Origin: Chiloscyllium plagiosum
Taxonomy: Eukaryota
Length of the DNA: 64,000 bases
Direction: 5' to 3'
Assembly (NCBI RefSeq): GCF_004010195.1
Contig: NC_057719.1
Coordinates: forward strand, 55,090,956 to 55,154,955
Shown: positions 13,151 through 25,366 of the stretch, in pieces
How the letters are laid out: every line of letters begins with the position of its first letter
Position numbering within the stretch: position 1 is the first letter of the stretch
Made by a program: the position numbers and the translations under genes
Notes under the pieces: model-generated
Seen by the model: only the letters and a program-made list of their open reading frames with translations
What the model was told of the DNA's origin: nothing
Database searches by the model: none

Positions 13151-15013
13151 TCATCACAATATTTGAATAATAATATATTCATTATTTTTTTAACATTATG
13201 TATACACCTGAAATATTCTAAAGGATGGAGACAAACATCATGAAGGAATTAGAAAGCATCATCAGCCATATGGATGGTATTACTGTTCACTATTCAACCA
13301 TAACTGAACACGTGAAAGAGCAGCATTGAATGCTTGCAGGTTATGGTGGAAAATGTGAGCTCTCATGCCCTCCTGTCAAATTTCTATTGTTCATGCAATA
13401 TCATAGCAGAAGATTGGCAGAAGATCTGGGGTTACAAAGAATTTCTATCTCCCAGAAATGTCACAAAGCTACAGAGGTTCGTAGGAATGGTGAGCCCATG
13501 TTTACCAAATCTGACACAATTAAACTCAACAGACAGAATCAAGTCGTTTTGAAACGAAATATCAGCAGAAGCCATTTAAAAAAAAGAAATGCTTATCTCA
13601 CCAGAAATTCTAGCTCATTACAATTCAGAGTGACCAACAATTGTCAATGCTGATGCATCATCAATGGGCATTGTTATTTAAATGCAGAAAGACAGAAAAG
13701 ATACCTAGATCTTTACAAAGCTGGAACAGCAGCATGCTGTGATTAAGATAGAAACACTAGCAGCTATGTGGGCATACAAAAAATTTTCAGGTTACAATTC
13801 AGGATTAATATTTAATATAGAATCAGATGAGCTATTGCTAACATTATTGCAAAGCAAGGAAATGACTGTGATTACTCTGTGATGTACTGGCAATAATAGA
13901 TTTGAGGATGTTTCGGTCCTCTATGTTTTATTTGGGTTTTCTTGTTTATAACTAATACATTTACACTCCAGAAGCTAATTCGTCTTTTGTCTTTAAAGAT
14001 GTTGATTGACCTGCAGTCTATTTTCAGTATTCTCCATTTCTAATTAATTAACAACAAGAAACCATGCATATGCATCAACTGATGAATCATTGAGCTGCCT
14101 ATGATGAAGCATACTGTTCTTAAGCATGGAAATAAAACAACAGCAAGCAAGGTTATATTTCATTCATTCAGCGTAACATTTTTTGATTTTTTTTAACGAA
14201 CCTTTTTTTCTGACTCCAGCTACTTCTCTTGAGCTTCTAATTCTCATTTTGTCACATTGAATATTCCCTGCAATGATTCATTGCGAATAATTGAATTCTG
14301 ATGAGAAGACATGGAAGGCATACAAGACTAGAATCCTTCAAAGTGCCCCTTCCCACCAACAGAAATCTGAAAACTGCATAGTGCATTTACATTTCAAAGT
14401 ACAACATTAGACAGACTGATCGCATATTTTGGAATTTATGAAGCACATGCTAAGTGCGTTTAAAAACAAGAATGGCAAACAGATTTATTTACGTAGAACA
14501 AAACTAGTATGGCACAAGTAAAGATTATAACGAAAGCCAACTTCAGTGAGTAGCAATTCAAATGAACCAAAAGTCAGGCTTATAAACAGGTATAAAAGTG
14601 AGTTTACACGCAGAAACACCCAGACCTGATAGTTCCACCATGCAGCTTTGATAAAAAAAATTAAACAAAAATCATGAATTAGAAGGACAATGGTTAAAAG
14701 AGATCTATAAAACCTCATTGTTGTATGTTATTTTCTAACCAAGTTATAACTTTGACACAGTAATAGTTGGCTTCATGCACTATGTCAAATATTTACTAAA
14801 AACATGTAGATAATGATGTATTTTAGGTACTTAACTGTACTGAGTCTCATTAACAAAGTAAGTTAAATAGAATTTAATCAGTACTAGCCACCAATCTAAT
14901 TTAACCTTAGGCTTAAATTGCATCTTGCACTTTATATACAAAGCTCAATTATTTTATTATTAAAGCTATTTTATCATTTCTCCAATACTGTTCGCCGAGC
15001 TGGTAATTTGTGT

Positions 15014-15055
15014 TGCAGACATTTCGTCCCCTGTCTAGGTGACATCCTCAGTGCT
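15014..15055 (-). ncRNA. Second hammerhead copy (inverted arm)
   Basis: Reverse complement reads gcaCTGAGGAtgtcacctagacaggggacGAAAtGTCtgc, with a C>T change in helix III. Confidence 0.65.
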
Positions 15056-15605
15056 TGGGAGCCTCCTGTGAAGCGTTTCTGTGTTGTTTCCTCCGGCATT
15101 TATAGTGGTTTGTCTCTGCCACTTCCGGTTGTCAGTTCCAGCTGTCCGCTGCAGTGGCCGGTATATTGGGTCCAGGTCGATGTGTTTGTTGATAGAATCT
15201 GTGGATGAGTGCCATGCCTCTAGGAATTCTCTGGCTGTTCTCTGTTTGGCTTGTCCTATAATAGTAGTGTTGTCCCAGTCGAATTCATGTTGCCTGTCAT
15301 CTGCGTGTGTGGCTACTAAGGATAGCTGGTCGTGTCATTTCGTGGCTAGTTGGTGTTCATGGATATGGATCGTTAGCTGTCTTCCTGTTTGTCCTATGTA
15401 GTGTTTTGTGCAGAGAAACAGAACAGCCAGGGAATTCCTAGAGGCATGACACTCATCCACAGATTCTATCAACAAACACATCGACCTGGATCCAATATAC
15501 CAGCCACTGTAGCAGACAGCTGGAACTGACAACCGGAAGCGGCAGAGACAAACCACTATAAATGCCAGAGGAAACAACACAGAAGCGCTTCACAGGAAAC
15601 TCCCA

Positions 15606-15647
15606 AGCACTGAGGATGTCTCCTAGACAGGGGACGAAACGTCTGCA
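15606..15647 (+). ncRNA. Minimal type I hammerhead ribozyme in Penelope terminal repeat
   Basis: gca-CTGAGGA-t-gtctcct(agac)aggggac-GAAA-C-GTC-tgc: core CUGANGA and GAAA, stem II, stem I gca/tgc, predicted cleavage after GUC at 15643. Confidence 0.8.
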
Positions 15648-16589
15648 ACACAAATTCCCAGCTCGACGAACAGAACCACAACAACAAGCACCCGAGCTAC
15701 AAATCTTCTCACAAACTTTGAATTTCTCCAATACATTTGTTTAATTGCTCTGAAATAATTTTCAACCTTATCCTAAACATTTTACTTATAGTACCTAATT
15801 TAAATAGTTATAACCTTTTATTTATATTCAGTAAAAAAAAAGGAACTGGTTGCATTTTTTCTTGATACATTAAGTTATATGTGGCAGTGTTTCCTGCCAG
15901 ATAAACTACTGAAGAAGATCAGAGCCAAAAAAAAACATTTCTTCCTAGCTTTTGCTTGTGGACCCAGACGTAACGAAAATGTTTTTGTGGTCCATCAAGG
16001 AATGCATTGGTTCTCACTGCTGCAATCTTGCTGTCTCCTCCTGATCATTGCACACCAGTGTAAACAGCTAATATCACCAGGCAAGAAATAGGTGGAAAAG
16101 TGGTTGATGAGATTTAAACAAGACCCAGTCATTACAATCAGTATGGTCTCATTCTATTGCAGATAGAAAATTAGCTCACACAGTTCCCTACCAGGAATCT
16201 CACTGGCAATTAAAATGCAGAGCAATGCTAGTTGACATAAGGACTACAATCAAACACAAATTCTGGAGAATTTGCATTTGGATCTCCACTCCAAGTGAGA
16301 CCATATACATTTGCAACACAGAAGGAAGTTAATCAATGCAGCATGCCTACAACTGTTTGCTAGTGCAGTTCAAATATAGCCTGACTGTCCTGCTGTCTCC
16401 TCACAGTGCTTGGCAATGCAAACTTACTTTTAGTGATTGCATTGGTGCTTGGCCAAACAGGTTACAGTTTCAAGGTCAATTCTTGAAGCATTGTATAGTT
16501 GAAGTTATTAGTTTTCAGATGAGGTTTACTGCAGATTTCTTAGAGACAGAGGAAGATTCTAACATCACATGCCAGACTAAATTAATTGT

Positions 16590-17000
16590 TGGAGGGTTTG
16601 AGCTAAAGGGAGCACTGAATAGGCTGGGGCTTTGGAGGCTGAGGCACGACCTTATAGAGGTTTATAAAATCATGAGGGGCATTGATAGGATAAATAAACA
16701 ATGTCATTTTCCTGGGGTGAGAACTAGAGGGAATAGGTTGAGGGTGAGAGGGGAAAGATTTAAAAAGGACCTAAGAGGCAACTTTTTCACACAGAGGGTG
16801 GCGCATGTATGAAATGAGCATGTGTGGAAGTGGTGCAGCCAGTACAATTACAGCATTTAAAAGGATGAAGACGTGAATAGGAAGGGTTTAAACGGATATG
16901 GGCCAAGTGCTGGCAAATGGGACTACACTAATTTAGGATATCTGGTTGACATTGACTAGTTGGACTGAAGGGTCTGTTTCTGTGCTGTATATCTCTATAA
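16590..17000 (+). mobile_element. CR1 3' end
   Basis: LNRLGLWRLRHDLIEVYKIMRGIDR...RGNFFTQRV, then the CR1 3' UTR ending ctctataact. Confidence 0.9.
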
Positions 17001-17368
17001 CTTGAAGAATCTATAAGTGTATTGGTTATGAGATTCTTCAAAGCTGATCCCAATCCGCTACCATTCTTTTGCTGAGAATACATCTAACCCATGTATTTGA
17101 ATGACCCCCACATTTCTGGTAATGTTATAGTCATACAGCAGTGCAGCTCTGAGACAATCTCCAGCTATAAAAATATACTCAGATAATAGCACTTTCATAA
17201 AATATGTAATTAGGCAAAGATTCCAGAGGGTCTGGAAGTTCTGACAAGGCCAGTGGAGGAGTCTGTCATATTTTGCTGGAAAACCCCTTGTAGCATTTGC
17301 CAACTCGTCCAGAATGTGATACTGGGTCAGGGTTGTTTGAGGAAGTTCATTGCCACCAATTCTCATTT

Positions 17369-17702
17369 GATTAGATTAGAAACCCTACAGTATGGAAACA
17401 GGCTCTTTGGCCCAACACATCTATACCAACTCTCCGAAGACCAACCCACCCAGACCCATTCCCCCATCTTATATTTACCCCTGACTAATGCACCTAACAC
17501 TATGGGCAATTTAACACAGCCAGTTCACCTAACCTGCACATCTATGTGACTGTGGGAAGAAACTGAAGCACCTGGAGGAAACCCACACAGAAATGGGGAG
17601 AATGTGCAAATTCCACACAGACAGTCCCCCGAGGCAGAAATCAAACCCGGGTCCCTGGCACTGTGAGGCAGCAGTGCTAACCACTGAGCGAAGGTGCTGC
17701 CC
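17369..17702 (-). mobile_element. HE1-type SINE
   Basis: Same tRNA head, V-domain and gattaga tail as the other copies. Confidence 0.9.
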
Positions 17703-17754
17703 ACCACTTTGTCTTTCCTTTGTCTTGATCATATATATAGTGATTAGTCATAGA

Positions 17755-17985
17755 TGTTGTATGATAGAGCACCTGCTCTTAGATAATGAGGATGATTGTA
17801 TGATAGGAATAGAAATAGCTACAATTGGTCAGGCACAATCATTAGAACATTATGGAGGTAGTGCTGATACAAAAGCTTCAGTAGAGCTCCTTATTTCCAC
17901 TCAAAGGTCTTGTGTCATTTTAGTAGAATGGGTGAAGCCAATGCATATGAACATTTCCCCTTGAGAAACATTACCTTTAACAACA
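17755..17985 (-). mobile_element. Putative Gypsy 3' LTR
   Basis: TGTTG...CAACA termini. On the minus strand the start is preceded by a purine tract (ttaagggaga|TGTTG). Confidence 0.45.
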
Positions 17986-18264
17986 TCTCCCTTAAGTGTT
18001 CTTCCTGTTGTTATCCCCTTGCAGGACCGTATAAATAGCTATATTATATTGACTACTAATCCATTAACCTCCGAGACTGTCAGGTTCTCAACCTGACCTC
18101 TCACAAATTCTAAAGAAACATGGCTTATTTTCATGGGCATCAAGGAAGCATGAAAAAGCGCTCTGTCAAATTGAAAATCAAGATTGAGAACTTGATAAAA
18201 TGTTGCAGGCTAACTCAGAGCACATATGCAATTAGACCATGGGTCAAGGCAGAATAGGAGAGAG

Positions 18265-18369
18265 GAGCTGAAAATGTGTTGCTGGAAAAGCACAGCAGGT
18301 CAGGCAGCATCCAAGGAGCAGGAGAATCGACGTTTTGGGCATGAGCCCTTCTTCAGGAATCCTATTCTT
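18265..18369. mobile_element. Mini Penelope-like insertion with 15-bp TSD
   Basis: cagaataggagagag at 18250-18264 and 18370-18384. Family core gagaatcgacgttttgggcatgagcccttcttcagg. Confidence 0.85.
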
Positions 18370-18384
18370 CAGAATAGGAGAGAG

Positions 18385-18968
18385 ACTGGTCAAGATCGGA
18401 GTCTTTGTATCTATAAATGTGAGCCACACCTATCACACCAGTGACCAAAAAAGGTGGATTGGTACAAATCTGTGCAATTTTAATGTCTCTATTAAGCAGT
18501 ATCCTTTGCTTTAATTCATGATTAACTTACTGGAGCTGGAGGTCAGCTTTTCAGTAAAATTGACCGTAGTCAAGCCAGTCTCTAGGTGAGTGTAGATCCT
18601 AAGTCACAGAAATACTTGATGAATGTAACACATAAAAGACTATTCATAACACATAAAAGAGAGTTCCTTTTGGAATCACATCTGCACCTGGATTATTCCA
18701 ACGTGCCAAAGATCAGATTTTGAGTGGTTTGGAAGGAATCCAGTATTACCTAGATGATATTTTAGTTATGGCAAGGAACACAAAAGAGCATCAACACAAT
18801 TTAGATGCTACTCTGCAGAGACTTGTAGATTATGACCTCAGAGTGATGAAAAACAAATGTGATTTTTTTTTAAATGTTCTGTTGAATACACAGGCTATTT
18901 CATTAATGGTAAGGGACTACACAGGTCACCTTCCAAAGTAAAAACCATAACTGAAGCACCAGCTCCTG
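18385..18968 (+). mobile_element. Gypsy reverse transcriptase remnant
   Basis: VTKKGGLVQIC; GGQLFSKIDRSQA; PFGITSAPGLFQRAKDQILSGLEGIQYYLDDILV; GLHRSPSKVKTITEAPAP. Confidence 0.9.
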
Positions 18969-18984
18969 GAAAAAAACCATCAAA

Positions 18985-19524
18985 ATAGCAAAACATGACC
19001 CTAAGAAGCCAAGAGGCTTATTTTGCTGAGTCTTGTTGTGAAGAACACAAGGAGAAAAGCTCTGATATTCTTGTTTACTTTGTGGAATTCTCAAAAAGAT
19101 GCTTTTGAAAATAGAGACATTGTTATGCAAAGAGAAGGCCAAATCTGAAAAACTGGCTAAAGTAAATAAGACACGTTATGACAGAGAAATGAAACATTAT
19201 GTAAAAGGTTGCAAGAACCAAAAAAAGGGACGCATATGCCAAAAAAGGCCGCACTTGGTGTCCTTCTGGCTTTGCTTTGAGCATTAACCAAACATCAAAG
19301 GTGTGAGTCTTGCTTATCTATTGGTGATGTTGAAACAAAACTTGGTGAGCTGTGCAATGACTGCAGTGACGAAGAGAAACTGTTCATCAGTAAAGCTTAG
19401 AAGGGGAAATATGATAAGGATGTTGCTGATTATCATGCCAAAGGCAAGGTTGATAGTGCAAAGAGTTCCCTGCCAAGAAGGAGCATATTGTGACAGTAAT
19501 GATGATGATGAAGATGATGATTAA
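18985..19524 (+). pseudogene. Processed (intronless) HMGB-family pseudogene: two HMG boxes plus acidic tail; paralog (HMGB1/2/3) not resolved
   Basis: (ATA)AKHDPKKPRG...CEEHKEKSSDILVYFVEFSKRC...KEKAKSEKLAKVNKTRYDREMKHY...IGDVETKLGELCNDCSDEEK...KYDKDVADYHAKGKVDSAK...DDDEDDD*. Frameshifts, stops and no introns. Confidence 0.9.
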
Positions 19525-20067
19525 ATTATACATTTTCTTCAGCTTAATTATTTGCTATGTAACAGTAAGTATTTACACCCTGTTACAAGTGTTGCAATCT
19601 TTTGATTTTGTAAATTGGTACATATATGATCGAAGGCAAGATGTAGCTTGAGTTTTAAACTGCACAGTCCTTTTTGTAATATTCACACTACAACATGCAT
19701 TTTAAGTCTGCCACAAATATAAGCAACATCACTCAGTGTCTGTCCAATGTAACAGAATGATCATGCAACATGTTTACAACTTAATTCAGAATGAGTGAGG
19801 TATGGATTTAAAGAAGCCACCCCTGGGTAGTTATCAGTTAATCCAAGATGTGTTGGATTGAAAAGGAGGCAAACAACATTCACTGCTACCTCCTGTGCAT
19901 ATATACATCATGCTACCACATTCCAAGAAATGGTGGTAAGAACAAGTCAAATCCAACAGCTACAAAATGATGAATAATTCTTTCTATGTCTGAGAACTGT
20001 TGTATGTATAATTATAAATGTTGTAAATGCTCCCCTTGCAGGAAACTCTGATGTAAAGGGGGTGAGA

Positions 20068-20261
20068 TGTTGTTTATTTGTGTACACATATTGGACTGTC
20101 ACTTTAAGAGTCTGATCATGTGGTGTCATGATGATTTCATCAGCGATTTTGGAGGGAAACAGCTCAGTCTAACTTGCAGCCTTCTGCTGTGAACACCTTA
20201 TATAAGAAAGTTCCTGTGGTTGTGAAACACTTTGGTGTTATATCCTTCTTGAAGGGTAACA
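20068..20261 (+). mobile_element. Putative Gypsy 3' LTR with upstream polypurine tract
   Basis: aaagggggtgaga (20055-20067) is followed directly by TGTTG; ends ...taaCA at 20261; internal tatataag. Same strand as the RT remnant. Confidence 0.55.
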
Positions 20262-20509
20262 CGTTGTGCTGCTCAATCTTGGTCTCTATTTTTGCTTCTT
20301 CTCAAAATTTAGCCGAATTCTTTCTTCTGATTTGACTTCAGCGATGGTGGGAGTTTCTCTCAGGCCTGAACAGAGTTGCATAATTGAGATTTCACAATGG
20401 TTCCTGAGATCTTCAATCTTATTTAAGATCTCTGGCCAGCAGAACACCAACTTAATCTTGGCTGTACATCCTTTTCACTATATCTCAATAGGAAGCTAAT
20501 TGTAGAGTT

Positions 20510-21850
20510 GTAGAGATCTACAGCACAGGAAGAGGCCTTTTGGTCCGTGGAGTCTGTGTTGCTCAAAGCAAGCCACCTAATTATTTGAATCCCATTTTCC
20601 AGCAGTTGGCCCATAGCCTTGTATGCCTTGGCATCTCAAGTGTGCGTCTAAATACCTCTCAAATGTTATGAGAATTTTTGCCTCTATCAATCTGATAGCC
20701 AGTGTGTTCCAGATTGCCACTACCCTTAGTGAAAAATAAATTCTTACATCCTCTCAAATCCTCCACCCCTCACTGTAATTGATTCTTCCACCAAGGGGAA
20801 GATAGTCCTTCCTGTTTATTATTCCCCTCATAATATTTATAAATCTCAATCAATATCACCCTTCACCCCGCCACCTCAACTCAACCTCCTCTGCTCCAAA
20901 TAAAAACAATCTTTCTTCATAACTAAAGCTGTCCAATCCAGGTTACATCCTGGTAAGTCGACTCTACACCCTTTCCAGTGAAATTCTATAATGTAGATCC
21001 CACAAATGCACACAATACTTTAGCTGTTGTCTAACCAACTTTTTAAACAGTTCCAGCATAACATCCCTGCTCTTAAACTGTATGCCTCAGCTGATAAAGG
21101 CAAGTATCCCTTATCCCCTATCCCTTCTAAACCCCACTTTAATCCTGTCTGTCTCACAACCTTAAAAGATTCGCGGACAGGCACACACCCAGGTCTATCA
21201 GATCATCAGTGATTTCCAGAATTCTACCATTCATCGTGTACAGTATTCCCTTGCCCTGGTTATCCTGATCTCAAATTTATCCAGATTGAATTTCATTTGC
21301 CTCTGATCAGGCCAACAATATCATCCTGTAACCTATGACTATCCTCCTCCCTATTTACTACCCCAACATTTGCAAACTTATTGACCAACCCTTCTATATT
21401 TAAGTCTAAATCAAATCACAAATAGCAAGGGCCTGAACACTAATCCTTATGGAACCCCATTAAACACAGATTTCCAGGCACAAAAATACTCTTTTCAATC
21501 ATCACAGACTGCCTCCTTCCATTCAGCCATTTCTGAATCCAATTAATCAAATTTCCCTGGATCTGTGGGCTCTTACCTTTGTTATCAGTCTCCCATCTAA
21601 GATCTTATGAAAAGCCTTGCTGAAATTCAAGTAGATGCCCTTATCTCCACACATGGTCACCTCTTCGAAAAATTCAGATATGATCTACCCCTAATAAAAT
21701 CATGTTGACTGTTCTTGATTAACCTCTGCATCTCAAAATACAAATTAATTCTATACGTAAGAAATGCTTCCAATAGTTTCCCCATTACTGCAGTTAGACT
21801 GACTGGCCAGTAGATTCCTGATTTCTTGGTTTATCCTTTGTGTTTTTTTT
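20510..21850 (-). mobile_element. Old CR1 LINE, 3' portion of ORF2 and 3' UTR
   Basis: Degenerate similarity to the other CR1 copies (tacagcacaggaagaggccttttggtcc; aaagccttgctgaaattcaagtagat; gttagactgactggcc). Confidence 0.7.
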
Positions 21851-23939
21851 AATAATGGTCATCTTTTGACATATACGAGTAAATCGTCCATGATTTCAAA
21901 AGTGTTCAAAGTATGTGTTCTTGGTCAACCTGCTGCAGTTTTGGTCTGGCCATACTTTCCAACACAATATTGGCAAATTATAACTGATTCTTGGATACTC
22001 TTTTCTTTAAATTTGGTGCGCCTTTTTCTTGTTTGACCATATAAAACATTTTTGTTTTGCAATCATAGATAATCTCAACAGAATTTCTTATTTTATTCCA
22101 CCATAAATTTCATAATCCCAATGAAAGCTTCTTCTGGTTGTCCAACATGGTTGTTCAACAGCAGTTTGTTTCTGAACAGTAGTTTGCCAGCTATTTGTTT
22201 CCAGCTGTTTTTTGGGAGGGAGCTCAAGAGTTAAGTTGATAGATTCTGAAAAATGTGCACATTGTCAACTCTGGTATGTGCATTGCATTGCAGTACAGTT
22301 TGGAAAGTGGTTGGGCTTCCAACTTTGTGTCTCACTTGTCTTGTATAATATTCCAGTCGGATTTAATGATAGGAGAACTGAGTGGTCTGCCTTGGAATTT
22401 CTGAGGCCATGAAAAGCCATTTCAGAAATGGGCTGCTGAAGAATAACAAAAAAAGTATACTTTTCATAAACTCATGTCATTCCATAATACTTTACCGTCA
22501 ATGAAATGTCGATCACATTTTAATGAAGGAAACACAAAGCCAAATCCACATTTTGAAGTTCCACAAACAATATTGAATGATAGCCTGATTATCTGTCTTG
22601 GTTAAAGGATAGATTATGACTGGAGTGTGACAAAGAGAAGTCCTCTACTTATCTGTGAAATTATGTAATGTGATGCTTAACATCCTCAAAGACAAAAAGT
22701 TCATAAGGATTATTAGTTTCTAACAATTGTGGATTTGGGGAGAAGGTTCACAAAAAGGTTCCTCAGAAAATTAAATGTTTTAGGTAATCCATAATAGAGC
22801 AAATACATGATCTACATGAAGAAATACCTAATCATTTCAGAGACACTATCTTAACACCTTGTGTTCTTGTTGTTGGTGTTATAATTATGGCTCCTTACAC
22901 AACTACACAAATTCTGACCTGTATTACCATTCCAGAGTACAGCAATTCGTTAGCATTTCAATGCAGAATAGTTGAAGCCCACTGAAACATGAACATTTTT
23001 TATTGTTTATTTTCTAATTACATACAAAAACTTATTCAAATATGGCAATTATGTCACTCATCCAGAACCAACAATATGATAGTTAGAAAACCATGTTTGT
23101 ATGCACCATTTTTAAACTGGTTTCAGTTTCTGTCTTGTGGAAGTACTCTAATATGTAATAGTTTAATACTTAGAATTTCCTATTACTGCAGAAATGGAAA
23201 ACTCTAACAGATGTCAATATTTCCAGATATGCTCATTTCAACTGCCATTTAAGAATTTAATTATATTCACTGTGTGTCTGCTGTCCTGACTTAAGGTGAT
23301 TTTCAAAGCATATTCCATTGCTCATCCATTAATCTTTTACAGCATAAGATCAATTCTTGCCTCATTGGCCAAAGGTAATAGGTTCGCCACGAAATACAAT
23401 CCTCAGACCATATTACATTTCTGACACAAGAGTAGTGCTCACATTACTTCTGTTCCTGTGATTAGACAGCTTCAGTATTAATCATTGAAATTTCCTGTGA
23501 ACTGCACTGGAACTGTTATCTCGATGAGATCGTTGTGCTATGCTCATATTGCTAACTAATGAGGGTTGTGCTTTGCCAGCATTGCATATTGTTTAGCTCA
23601 AATAATAACACCACATATTTTCATATTCAGAATAAGGTGCCCCCTGCCAAGCTCTCAAGCTTCATGTAAATGTAGTCCATTTTCTAATAGTTGTATGCTT
23701 TTAATGAAATTCCAATAAAGTATAATGGTGTCTGCAGTCATCTTTACGCATTGCTTACTGAAACAAGTTTACCATCAAAGAAAGAAAATAATTTACTTTG
23801 ATATAGTGCCAACCACAACTTCAAGATGTTCCAAAATGCATCAGAGACAATTGAACTGTAGACCTTGTTGTTATGTTTGTACTGAAAAAGATGGCTTTAC
23901 AGCAGAAGAACATTTGGAGTGATATTGCAGTAGAATGAA

Positions 23940-24220
23940 ACACAATGGTTAGGCACCTCTCTATGTGGAGTTGCACATTCTCTCCTTGACTGCATGTACT
24001 TTTTCCAGGTGCTCTGGTGTCCACAGTCCAAAAATGTTTAGGTTGGTTGAAGTGGCCATGGTAAATTGTCTGTAGTGTCCAGAGATATGCTATGCTGGTT
24101 AGCATTGGTAAATGTGGGGTTATGGGGATAGTATGGGGGACCTGAGTCTGGATTGTATGCTGTTTGGAGGATTGGTGCAGACTTGACAAACCAAATAACC
24201 TCTCTCCACACTGTAGGGTT
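23940..24220 (+). mobile_element. HE1-type SINE, degenerate
   Basis: tgtggagttgcacattctc...cacagtccaaaaatgtttaggtt...ccatggtaaattg. Confidence 0.75.
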
Positions 24221-25057
24221 CTGTGATGCTTTCCTCCAACACCTTTGATAGCATTGGTAGTATATCATATAATTCTGATGATGATTTTAGGTATCATTGC
24301 AGAAAAGATTTTGGTTTCAAAATGATTTCCCTGTTGTTAAACTGGTGCCAATGCATGAAAAAAGTAGTTAAGTTATGAAATTTCAAATAAAGTTGTTTTT
24401 ACGTAACTCAAAACATTTGATCTCCAAGGTTGTATTCATTTCTGCATTATGTGCAAGTAACAGAGCAGGACTTTGGCCTGCTGATGAGTCTCACTGGTAA
24501 CCATCTGAGGTTTCAGCCCAGTTAATTCATTGTGTTTTCTATTTGTGATACAATGTGAGAAGAAGTGAATGTTTTCTGCTGTCTTTTCATTGATGACTGA
24601 AAGTGGGAGGCATTTGGATTTCCAGTCAATGTGGTAACTTCTTCTAACCATAACAGAGAGATACATGAGTCAGACATATTTAACCATTTTCACAGTAAAT
24701 GATTTTATTTCTTCATTTCCCAAAACATAGAAAAAGCACAATGCTCTGCTGTACCAAACACCTTACATGCTGCACCTTCCTCCAAGAATGAACTTTGTAG
24801 CTTTTTTTTGACATATTTTACTTCAAATATTACACGTGCCTAATGAAAACACATATTACTAACACTCAAAATACCTTCCGTAAATGGAATCTTAATTTCT
24901 GGTATTCAATTTTAATTGAGGAATTCTCTGGGCCATTACAAATAGTTTCATTGACATCACTTGATTTTATTCATCATGATTTATACTGTTTATTTGATAT
25001 TAATCTAGACCCATTTATGTTTACTCAATCTAGCTTCTTCATTGTGTAGTATCTTAG

Positions 25058-25366
25058 AGTAGATCCCCTACAGTGTGGAAACAGGCCCTTCGGCCCAACA
25101 AGTCCACACCGATCCTCCGAAGAGTAACCCACCCAGACCCATTTCCCTCTGACTAATGCACCTAACACTATGGGCAATTTAGCATGGCCAATTCACCGAA
25201 CCTGCACATCTTTAAATTGTGGGAGGAAACCAGAGCACTGGAAGGAAACCCACGCAGACACAAGGAGAACGTGCAAACTTCAGGCAGACAGTCGCCCAAG
25301 GCTGGAATCAAACCTGGGTCCCTGGTGCTGTGAGGCAGCAGTGCTAACCACTGTGCCACCATGCCA
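25058..25366 (-). mobile_element. HE1-type SINE
   Basis: Full head, V-domain and tail. Confidence 0.92.

Larger units (their letters stand above)
11800..13870 (+). mobile_element. Highly decayed Ty3/Gypsy internal region (gag knuckle, protease, RT, RNase H), interrupted by a SINE and a mini-Penelope
   Basis: KTAECRTYDNTGHFKSAYC (~11845); QLDT (~12070); KLNASTNFW..LHEESKLLTRFITIF (~13015); TPEIF*RMETNIMKELESIISHMDGITVH (~13205); TIVNADASSMG and ETLAAMWAYKKF (13635-13790). Confidence 0.75.
14989..15721. mobile_element. Penelope-like element, 5'-truncated and inverted, with GIY-YIG endonuclease C-terminus and 13-bp TSD
   Basis: Minus strand from ~15410 reads KHYIGQTGRQLTIHIHEHQLATK*...EFDWDNTTIIGQAKQRTAREFLEAWHS. 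14989-15245 is the reverse complement of 15413-15672. TSD atttctccaatac at 14976-14988 and 15722-15734. Confidence 0.92.

Noticed and set aside
24475..24520. CTGATGAG hammerhead or C/D-box-like motif
   Set aside because: No downstream stem II/GAAA or terminal stem.
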